This document shows, piece by piece, positions 54,629 through 64,000 of a DNA stretch of 64,000 nt (positions within the stretch are counted from its first letter, which is position 1; every line of letters starts with the position of its first letter). Source of the DNA: Stegostoma tigrinum (Eukaryota); NCBI RefSeq assembly GCF_030684315.1, contig NC_081397.1, positions 5,518,001-5,582,000 on the forward strand, read 5' to 3'. The position numbers and the translations under genes are program-made. The notes under the pieces were generated by a model. It had not been told where the DNA came from and made no database searches. It saw only the letters and a program-made list of their open reading frames with translations.

Positions 54629-55345
54629 ATGAGCGACAGTGCAGCCGCCGAAACGGCTCCTCCAGCCTCCGCCAGCACTAAACCCAAGGCTCCCAAGAAG
54701 AAGAAGGCGGCGGCTCCCAGGAAAAAACCAGCCGGTCCCGGGTTGGGCGAGCGGATTGTGAAGATTGTCGGGGAGAACAGCGATCGGAAGGGGACGTCTC
54801 TGGCCGCGATAAAGAAGGCGCTGCAGAGAAGCGAGGTCAATGTGGAGAAGCAGAATGCACAGATCAGGATGGCGACCAAGAGGTGCCTGGCGAAAGGCTC
54901 CCTGGTTCTGGTGAAGGGCCAGGGCGTCTCCGGCTCCTTCAAACTCCCAAAGAATCAGGTCAAGACAAAAGTGGGAAAGAAGGCGAGACCCGTAGCAGCC
55001 GCCAAGAAAGCAGCCGTGAAGAAAACAACGGCCAAGACGGTGGCAGCGAAGAAATCCCCAGCCAAGAAAGCAACAGGAAAGAAAGCGGCCGGCAAGAAGG
55101 CAGCAACGCCAAAGAAAGCGGCGAAGAAAGCAGCGCCTCAGAAAAAGACTCCCGTGAAGAAGGTGAAGAAGACCAAGAGCCCCAAGGCCTCAAAACCGGC
55201 CCCGAAATCGGCGAAACTGAAGGCCAAGCCCAAAGCGAAAGTGACCAAGATAGCAGCAAAAAAAAAAGCAGTCGGCGCAACATGTAACCACTCGAACCCA
55301 AAGGCTCTTCTCAGAGCCACCCACATCTCTCCAGGAAAGAGCTGA
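54629..55345 (+). CDS. H1: Linker histone H1 (divergent globular domain); ancestral stop at 55265-55267 apparently lost, so the ORF reads through the stem-loop
   Basis: MSDSAAAETAPP..., globular domain with RKGTSLAAIKKAL and KGQGVSGSFKL, K/A/P-rich tail with S/TPxK motifs; 212 aa to the expected end, 238 aa as sequenced. Confidence 0.9.
   Translation: MSDSAAAETAPPASASTKPKAPKKKKAAAPRKKPAGPGLGERIVKIVGENSDRKGTSLAAIKKALQRSEVNVEKQNAQIRMATKRCLAKGSLVLVKGQGVSGSFKLPKNQVKTKVGKKARPVAAAKKAAVKKTTAKTVAAKKSPAKKATGKKAAGKKAATPKKAAKKAAPQKKTPVKKVKKTKSPKASKPAPKSAKLKAKPKAKVTKIAAKKKAVGATCNHSNPKALLRATHISPGKS
55303..55344 (+). terminator. Histone 3' stem-loop and HDE of H1
   Basis: GGCTCTTCTCAGAGCC (55303-55318), ACCCA, GAAAGAGCTG (55335-55344). 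Confidence 0.93.
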
Positions 55346-55363
55346 GCCCGGATCGAATGATCC

Positions 55364-55547
55364 GAGATAATATGGTGCAGAGCTGGATGAACAAAACAGG
55401 CCAAGCAGTATCAGAGGAGCAGGAAAGCTGGCGTTTCGGGCCTAGATTCTCCTTCTCCCTCCTCTGATGCTGCTCGGCCTGCTGTGGTCATCCAGCTCTA
55501 CACCTTGTTATTTCAGATTGTCCAGCATCTGCAGTTCCGTCTATATG
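55364..55547. mobile_element. Penelope-derived hairpin insertion just after the H1 HDE
   Basis: Inverted pLTR fragments; TC(G/A)AATGATCC at 55353-55363 and 55548-55558; empty site in the H1 remnant at ~32895. Confidence 0.7.
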
Positions 55548-56135
55548 TCAAATGATCCCTGTCCCGGTTCCGAGTGCAGACAGAGCATAAACTTGAATTG
55601 ATTCGAGTAACTCAAATATCACATTTCCGAGAGCGGAGACTGAGAATGAGGAAGGTATCACATGGGGAGGGTCACTGGTGCTGCATCTCGATATTTCATA
55701 CCGCAATTTGTAATTCTGTCCGGGCACAAATGTAACATATTGCAGTATATGCATCTCATTAACCCTTCCAGGAATGATAATTTTTTAAATTTTGATGACA
55801 GGACCTCTGGCGGTTTTAACGGTGTATTCCTTCCATTTACCTGCGAAAGACATTTCAGGCAGTAATTACAAATTGTGTTCGGAATGCTTACAATCTGGGC
55901 GAAATAAACATGTCCTGAAAAAAATGGGATTCTGTAATTAATCGCTTTGAAGTTGTTTAAATCGGCGGGTTTGATAAGATTGATTAACCACGGTTACCCG
56001 GCAGGTTGATCAGTTTGCCTGGGCTGTATTAAACCCCGCGCTTCCCTCCTGACTGGTACAGACAGATCAGGCAATGAGCCCGTGTCCGGTCCGCGCTGCC
56101 TGCAAACTCGGTTTTAAAAAAAAATGGGGTTAACA

Positions 56136-56610
56136 GCGCATGCGCGTTCCTGCTCTTCAGACGCTTCGAGCCAACGAGAGGAGCGCATGCGTGAGGCCCT
56201 CCCCCTGCGCTGCCATTGATGGGCGTTTACTCAGTGAGTGGAAGAGGTTTGTTTGAAACAGACCGCAATGGAGAGACCAGCGCCCAGGGAAGCGAGGGAG
56301 CAGCAGGCTCCTTCCGGCAGCGCATCGAGATGTGAGTCTGGGACACAGAGGGGGGCTCCGAGACCGGCACTGATTCGGGCTCAGTTCAAGGAGAACCGGG
56401 GGCTGTTGGTAAGAGGCCGAGCGGAGCAGGAACTGGTCCCGGAACTTGGAGAGAGAGCGGCCTGGGGGCGGGGAGAGAGAGGCCTTTCTCGGGCTGTGTG
56501 TGGGCCTGCTGAGGGAGACACAGCGGCAAGAAGCTGCTGGGGGTCAGTTTTGTAGCTTTTAGTCTTCTAAACACTGCAAATTCACTGTTTGGCTGCTGTT
56601 TCACGCTGTT
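56136..56610 (+). promoter_or_regulatory. CpG-rich NRF1-motif promoter plus putative first exon (module copy C)
   Basis: GCGCATGCGC 56136-56145, GCGCATGCGT 56183-56192; ATG 56268 (MERPAPREAREQQAPSGSASR); donor GTGAGT 56332-56337; near-identical to copies A and B. Confidence 0.55.
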
Positions 56611-57499
56611 GGTTGCGAGTTGTCGGGGGTGGGCCTGTAAAGGACGTAGATTGGAGTTGACATGTTATACGTCTTGGGGGAAAAATTTGAAATAGCGGTT
56701 TTCTTTTCAACAGTCAGTGTGTTGGGATCTGGCAACATGAACTGTCAACAGTGCAGCATCTTCAGATAGCACCTTACGTTGAGGTGTGCAATTATTACTC
56801 AGTTTCTGAATCTCTCTCAGTTGGTATCGAATTATATATTTAAAAAAAACAGGTCCTCAGACAAGGAGCAGCTCGATGTAAGAATGGAATCAGACTTGTG
56901 TTTGAACTGATGCCCTTAAAGAAAAGGCAGAACTCTCACGACACAGTGGTGGCCCAACAGCTTTATATAAAATCACAAGCTTTTGGAGTTCTGCTTTGAG
57001 AGGTGAAGTTCAAGAAACACCCTAATAACTGTGAACTGAATATGTTAATCTGTTTGATATCGTCAAAGTTGGCTGATGTTGATTTACAGGAGATATATCT
57101 TCTGTCTTCCTCCAGGCAAATACTTGAAGAAACCAGTTGATGCAATATTTCCTCGGTACAAAGCCAAGTGTGAGCAGTTGCTTCAAACTAACAGCAGATG
57201 TTACTGTGATCAGAATGGAGAATATCTTTCCCGTAGTCAGTGGATTGAGTCAGACTTATATTGAGCTCAACTTCCAGAGATTTTTCCAAGGAAACAACTG
57301 AGAAAAGGCAAGCTTCTTTTTTTTGTGTTCATTGTCAATTGACATCATGTTAATAACAATTAACATTGCTCATAGCCCATTAACATTCACATCATGTTTG
57401 AAATGTTAACAGCTGACTCCTTGTTGAAAATACTCCAAACAGGAACTGAATCAAGTTTACAGTTAGCAAAGCTATTTTATAATGTCTCAAACTGGATAG

Positions 57500-59300
57500 A
57501 GAGAGACTTCTCCTACCACCCCCGATCACCAAAACATCATCTCCCAGACCATCCACAACCTCATCCCCTCTGGTAACCTCCTGCCAAGAGCCTCTGACCT
57601 CATCTTTCCCCAACACCATGTCAACAGCTTCTGCCTCATTCCCAAAATCCACAAACCTGACTGCCCCTGTTGACACGTTGCCTCTGCGTGACCTTGCCCC
57701 ACCGAACTTATCTCAACTCCATTTTCTCTTCTCTCTTCGCCCCCCACCGCCCCGGTCTAGGAACTCCCCACCTACGTCTGTGACACCACCCACCATTCTC
57801 CTTCAACTCTTTCCCCCTTCCTACAGTGAAAGTAGGTGGCCATCAGTACCTGCGTGGTCCCAAGCTATTCCTGCCTCTTTGTAGGATACATGAACCAGCC
57901 CCTCTTTTGTTTCTACACTGGCCCCACCCCCTCTTCCTCCATTATATCAATGACTGACTGTATTGGTGCCACGTCGAGCTCCCACAAGCAGCTCAAACAG
58001 TTCATCCACTTTACCAAAACCTTCCACCCCAACTTAAACTTCACCTGGACCATCTTTGATACATCTCTCTCCTTCGTGGACCCCTCTGTTTCAATTTCTG
58101 ACAACCACCTAGAAACTGGTATCTATGTCAAGCCAACAGACTCCCACAGCTATCTAGAATACACCTCCCCTCACCTACTTTCCTGCAAGAATGCCATCCC
58201 CCCCGTTCCCAATTCCTTCGTCACTGCTTCATCTGCTCTCGAGATGAGGCATTCCACTCCCACACATTGCAGATGTCCTTTTTCTTTTTTAAGGACTGCA
58301 ATTTCCCCTCCCACAGTGGTTGAATATGCCCTAGACCTCATCGCTCTCTCTTTTCTGCAACTCATCCCTTGCACCCCCTCTCCACAATAACAAAAAGACA
58401 CAATCTCCTTTGTCATCACGTATCACTCCGTCAAAATCTGGATTCAACGCATCTTCCTCTGCCACTTCTGCCATCTTCAATCTCACCCCATTCCCAAGGA
58501 CACTTTTTTTTTTCCCCTCCCCACCCTTATATGCCTTCCAGAGGATCTGCTCTCTCTGACTCCCTTGTCTGCTCCACACTCTGCACTAGCCCTGGCACTT
58601 TTCACTGGAACCACAGGAAGTGCTACACCTGCCCCAACATCTCTCCCCTTATCCCCATCCGAGGCCCCAAGAAAACCTTCCATGTTAAACAGATGTTCAT
58701 CTGCGTGTCTGCTAATGTGTCGTATCTGCTGTTCCCGATGTAGCCCCCTCCACATGGGGGAAACCAAGCAGAGGCTTGGAAACCGCTTTGTTGAACACCT
58801 ACGCTTGCATCATGACAAATGACTGCATCTCCCAGTCATGAACCGCTTCACAGCCCCTCCCACTCCTTGGACGACATATCCATCCCAGACAGCCTCCAGT
58901 GCCACATTTCCACCAGAAGGCTGCACGAACAGTACCTCATATCGCTTGGGAGCCCTGCAGCACAATGCTCTCAAAGTGGGCTCAAATCTTTCCACCCCAA
59001 ACCCGTCCAGCATCTCGCGGCCTCTTTGACCTGTCCATCTTCCTTCAACTGACCAACCCACATATGAACTCCCTCCCTACACTTACCTTTACTGGCTCCA
59101 GCCCTGCCTCCTTGACCTGTCCATCTTCTCTCCACCTATCTGGTCCTTTATCCACCTTTTGTCATCATCTCCTCACTTCTTCTGTCTATTGCAGAGTCCC
59201 TTTCTCTTTACCCCGTTTCTAACAGTCCCAAAAATGTCAGCTTTCCTGTTCCTCTGCTGCCAGACCTGCTGTGTTCATCCAGCTCTACACCTTGTCATCC
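57500..59300 (+). mobile_element. Degenerate Penelope-like retroelement (RT, GIY-YIG, pLTR tail)
   Basis: PSYSCLFVG...FHPNLNFT...YVKPTDSHSYLEY...KNAIP (RT) and CSRC...GETKQRLGNRFVEH (GIY-YIG); ends in the same gtcagct...ctgtgttcatccagc tail as the short hairpin elements. Confidence 0.85.
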
Positions 59301-60504
59301 CCTCAAAGAAAGACATCCTGTTACATAGTTTCAACAACAACGTGTGACAAGTAGTGTTACTGGCAAGTAGCAAATCATGACTGAGCACTTGCAGACACTC
59401 AAAGCTGCTGACTGAGTCCCAAGTATGTGCATTGTATCAACACAACAGACAAAGACTGACAACAATGTATACCCATACACACTACAGGTAACAGAAGCGA
59501 ATACATACAAAATGTTTACAGCTAGTCTTATATAAGCAAGAATCTACAGGACAAAGACCTTTCAGCCCATCAGGTTGATAATAGACAAAAACAAGCACCT
59601 GACAATTCTGATCCCATTCAGCCAGCATTCCATTTCAATAAGTGTGCCATGGCAGTATACGATTTGCCAACCCCAACTTCATCACAACGTGATTCTCAAC
59701 TTGTTCACTTTCAGGAATAGAAACCATATTTGCCATCTGTCTTGCAAAATTTCCTTTTTGTGGGAGGGGGAAGCATTGAAGTGTATTTGGCAACTAAGTT
59801 AAACAGTTTTCTACAGTGTCACTTGCCCCTCCCATAGCAGAAACATACAGAGAAAGATTGCCCTCTGTACCCGTGTTCATGTGGTTCAAACATGTGTACA
59901 GATTTCTAATTCCACTCATTAACACATACAGCAGAAACTGACGGAGAAATTGTTATTTACATTTCTATACCGTAACTGGCAGGTCCAAATTGCGAAGCAC
60001 ATTCACAGCACACTCACTGGCTGATAGGGAAAGTTTGATAAATGCCCTGAAATAGTCATGTAGCAGAGACTACCAGTTGCAGATTAATAACTGCACACTC
60101 GGATACAGAGCTGAAACGGACAGGGACTGACCGGTAAATAGACTCCGATGTTCACATGGCAGTTACTGACAGAACTTTTGATAACACGTCTATCATATCC
60201 ACACAGCAAAAACTGACAGGAACAGATTAATAATAAAACTCCCGATTTCACATTGTTTACACTGACAGGTACAGTTTGATAACTAATCATACATTTTCTC
60301 AGCAGAATCTGACAAGTACAGATCGATAACTAAACTCAGATTGACAAGCAAATCCAAACAGGTATATAAATGACAACGACACTCACACATTGATCATTAG
60401 AAAGCCAAGGTGTAGGTGCACAACTACCCTCATTCACATGGCAGTAATGGAGAGCTACAGCTTGGTAACTACAGTCACGCACCTTCAGTACAGTAACTGT
60501 CAGA

Positions 60505-60750
60505 GGCCCACACTGCCCCTTGCAGCATCCCGCCCAGGCCCTTCCCCCTATAACCCACACACCACTGAACACCACGGGCAATTTAGCATGGCCAATCCAG
60601 CTAGCCTGCACATCTTTGGACTGTGGGAGGAAACCCATGCAGACATGGGGAGAATGTGCAAACCCCACACAGACAGTCGCCTGAGGCTTGAATCGAACCT
60701 GGGTCCCTGGCACTGAGGATGCAGTGCTACTCACCGAGCCACTGTGCTGC
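60505..60750 (-). mobile_element. HE1-type SINE
   Basis: Homologous to 47900-48140; other copies at ~10015-10190 (+), 15140-15425 (+) and 30610-31045 (fragments). Confidence 0.75.
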
Positions 60751-60882
60751 TCCAATTGTAATGATATTGAAATAATGATAATCATATTGTAATGATTAAC
60801 TGAACATTGCATTGATCAATGAAATATTATCAAACTTGGCTGATGTTGATTTACAGGAGGGTTCTCTTCTGTCTTCCTCCAG

Positions 60883-60962
60883 GCAAATACTTGAGGGACT
60901 AAGAAAGTAATAATCCCTCGGGGCAAAGCCAAATGTCACCAGCTGCTTCTAACAAACAGAAG
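60883..60962 (+). other. Repeated ~80-nt putative internal exon cassette (also ~57116-57197 +; 49004-49085, 40677-40758, ~29880-29960, 23977-24055 -)
   Basis: Flanked by ttctgtcttcctccAG and AAG|GTATGT; homologous copies keep AG in six and GT in four. Confidence 0.4.
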
Positions 60963-61169
60963 GTATGTTACCGCTGTCAGATCAGAGAACATCCTTTCCA
61001 CAGTCACAGAGCAGATTGAGTCAGACACACATTGAGGTCAATTTCCAGTGAGATTTGTTCAAACAACACGGAGGAAATAGAAGTTTGTGGGGTTTTTTTA
61101 CCATCATTCACAATGCACACCTGCCCAGTTTGAACAAATTTCAGCATTTAAATTTTTTTTTTCCCTAAT

Positions 61170-62010
61170 ATCTGTAGCTCGGGTAGTGGATAATGTTGTT
61201 GACTTGCTTTGTTGAGCTGGCTTGCTTTTTTTCATACAGTTCATCACCATGCTCGGTGGCATCATCAGTGGATCCTCCAATGAGTCTGTTATTCCACTCT
61301 GTGTGGAATTTATACTGGATGGTCCATTATGGCAAGTACTGTCATTTCTAGTTTTGATCTGTATGAGTTTTCATATATGGGGTATGAATCTATATGCTTA
61401 TTGATTGAAGTATGGATGGAAAACCATGCCTCAAGGAATTCCTGTGTCTGTGTTTGGCTTGGGCTACCATAGTTACTTTGTCCCATATTAACCTGATGGC
61501 CTTTATTGTTTGAATATACGATACATTCAGACAACGAAGGCCATCAGTTGAAATGGGACAAAGTAATCATATAAAAACAAAAAAAAACTGTGTAGATGTT
61601 GTAAATCAGGAACAAAAAGGTCTGCGGCTCAGCAGTAACTGGTTCAGAGGAAAGGTCACTGGACCCGAAAGGCTAACTCTGTTTGTTTTTGCTTTACTGC
61701 TGCCGGACCTGCTGAGCTTTTCCAGCACTTTTTTTTTGTTTTTGTTCGATAAAGTAACGATTGCAGCCTAAGCCAAACATGGATGCACATGGGAATTCGT
61801 CAAGACATGGTTCTCCACACAAACACATAGAATTGGACCCCGTGTATAAACCCATACAGATCAAAACTGAAATAACAGTACTCAGCATGACAGACTGGAC
61901 AGTGTAAATTCCAAGCAGAGGAGAACAATGTTGCATCATCAGAGGCTCCACTGATGATGGTGGCAAAATGTCTGAACAAAAAGAAGCCAGCTCGGTGACC
62001 AAGTCACTAA
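61170..62010. mobile_element. Inverted pair of Penelope 3'-end fragments with a nested pLTR insertion
   Basis: 61170-61525 is roughly the reverse complement of 61530-62010; decayed CTGATGA...AAATGTC core at ~61951-61973. Confidence 0.55.
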
Positions 62011-63480
62011 CATCACATTTCTGCATTCATAGCCCATTGACGTTTACACTATTTATTTGAAGATGGATAGACTGAATACTCATCCAAAATATACACTCAG
62101 AAACTGAATCTCATCTACATTAAATCACGCTAATATAACAGCTACCACATAACAAATTGCATTGCATTGTCACAGAATATTACTGGCTGCCAAAGTTCAG
62201 CCACGTTGACAAATAGAAACTGACAAGCATGTGTTGATGCCTCTGCTCAATCAGTTACCTTTGTAGAAACAGGCAAAAACAGATTGACACTCACATTGAC
62301 GTATAGTTTGCTTAAAAACATTCTCAAGTTCACATTATGAAAACTGATATGTACAAATTAATATCTATGCTCACATATCAAATTACCAGGACCTGAATGA
62401 TAACTACACTTGCATATCCACATCATAGCAACAGAGATAACTCTCCAGGCTCCCAGCATAACTTAACAGGTCTGATTTTATCAATGCATTCAAATATCCA
62501 CTTTTTTTTACAAAAACTGTTAGGTGCGTAACTACAATCCAATTTCACAAGCAGAATCTCATATTGATTACTAACTTCACCTACCAATATAGCAGAAATT
62601 GACAGAAACAGCTTGGTAATAACTTTCCCACTGTCATACAGCATGAACTGACAAGTATAGTTCGATAACTACATGTATATCGACAGTGCAGAATCTGACA
62701 CCTACCTATTGATAACTACACATACTCTCTTACACACTGTCACTGAGCAGAAAATGAGAAATATAAATGGATAACTAAACAGACAAATTGACATTGCAGA
62801 AATTGAAAGGCTAGCTGGATAACTACAGTCATGTCTTCCTGCAGCAGAAACTGACAGTGATATGTTGATAACTAGTCACACCACTAATACGGTGGTAATA
62901 GTCGTGGATAGATTCATGATGCTTACGTGAACATCTAACAGAAACTGACAAATCACTACACTCTCATTCACATTGCGCTTACCAACAAAAAGAGGTTAAT
63001 AACTACAACTACAGATATCAGAATGTATAAGGTACAAATGAATAACTGTGCTCAAACATTCACCTAGCAGAAACTGGCATTATAGATCAGGAACTGAACT
63101 CAGATGTTGAAATAGCAGAACCTGCCAGGTAGACACTGAAAGTGGTTTAAAGAAAAAAAACACGCTGGTACAGGTTGATAAACAAGGCACTTCAAATTTC
63201 AGAAACTGTCAGGGACAGATTGGTAAATACGCTCACACATTTACACAACACTAACTGTCCTAGAAAGATAAGTAAGCACACTCCTATTCACAATGCATCA
63301 TATGCACAATTCACAATGAATCTATCCGTGACTATTACCACAGTGTTACTGGTGTGATATTATCAAAAGATGTAGAATAACTCGCGATTAAGATCTCTCA
63401 ATTTAGAGAAAGCTCGGAGTTTGATCCGTGAACAAAATTTCGATTTGCGTTTGAAATTTCATTGTAGATCCTGGCATATC

Positions 63481-63667
63481 AATGATAACAAAGTGTGGAG
63501 CTGGATGAACACAGCAGGCCAAGCAGCATCTTAGGAGCACAAAAGCTGACCTCGACCGGAAACGTCTGCTTTTGTGCTCCTGAGATGCTGCTTGGCCTGC
63601 TGTGTTCATTCAGCCCCACACTTGTTTTTAATCTCGGATTCTACAGCATCTGCAGTTCCTATTATCT
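63481..63667. mobile_element. Penelope-derived hairpin insertion upstream of the H2B pseudogene
   Basis: Inverted pLTR arms; CTGGCA(T/G)ATC at 63471-63480 and 63668-63677. Confidence 0.7.
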
Positions 63668-63745
63668 CTGGCAGATCCGCGTTGTGTCCCGCACTAACCA
63701 ATCGCAGAGAAGCAGATGACATTTTCTAAAATTCTTTTAACCGAA

Positions 63746-63810
63746 CCAATCAGGAACAAGGCTTTCCCCATCGTCATTAGCATTGCTGACGCATCAGGCT
63801 GCAAAAAGCG
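63746..63810 (+). promoter_or_regulatory. H2B promoter (CCAAT, ATTAGCAT octamer variant, TGACG)
   Basis: CCAAT 63746-63750, ATTAGCAT 63776-63783; paralogous to 38700-38767. Confidence 0.7.
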
Positions 63811-63859
63811 AGCTCCGAGCCCGCTTTCCCTTATTCTGTGTCTGACTTTGATACAGTCA

Positions 63860-64000
63860 ATGGTGGAGGAGAAGAAAGGACAAGTTGCCAAGAAGGGTGC
63901 TAAGAAAGCGGAGAAGAGGGCGGCAAGAAGAGGAGAAGGCCCAGGAAAGATAGTTACTCCATCTACATCTACGAAGTGATGAAGCAGGTTCACCCCGACA
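63860..64000 (+). pseudogene. H2B: Histone H2B pseudogene, 5' part (frameshifted; continues past window end)
   Basis: ATG 63860 gives [19 protein letters not shown]; after a shift near 63917 another frame reads [27 protein letters not shown]; the ATG frame stops at 63979. Confidence 0.88.

Larger units (their letters stand above)
59900..63300 (-). repeat. ~48-bp repeat arrays in inverted orientation (59900-60500 and 62200-63300)
   Basis: Recurrent GCAGAAACTGACAG...GATAACT units, the reverse complement of the left-side arrays; further + arrays at ~39150-39475, 41010-41200, 46380-46640 and 47200-47450. Confidence 0.7.

Overview
Repeat-rich vertebrate genomic DNA, most likely a shark (inferred from HE1-type tRNA-derived SINEs and abundant CR1-like and Penelope-like retroelement fragments). 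It contains part of a replication-dependent histone gene cluster: intact H4 (34333-34644,+), H3.2 (35508-35918,+) and H2A (36742-37134,-), each with a 3' stem-loop; two H2B pseudogenes (38283-38651,- and 63860->64000,+); an H1 (54629-55345,+) whose normal stop codon appears lost; and an orphan H1 3' remnant (~32757-32960). The histone genes sit in repeated ~20-kb units. Their spacers share a degenerate ~48-bp tandem repeat, a repeated ~80-nt splice-site-flanked cassette and a conserved CpG-rich NRF1-motif promoter/first-exon module (3 copies). The unit right of ~56 kb is inverted. Many short Penelope-derived insertions carry minimal hammerhead-ribozyme cores and form hairpins flanked by 10-15-bp target duplications. 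The first ~18 kb is mostly decayed LINE/SINE sequence with a 165-N gap. Repeat boundaries were read by eye and are approximate.
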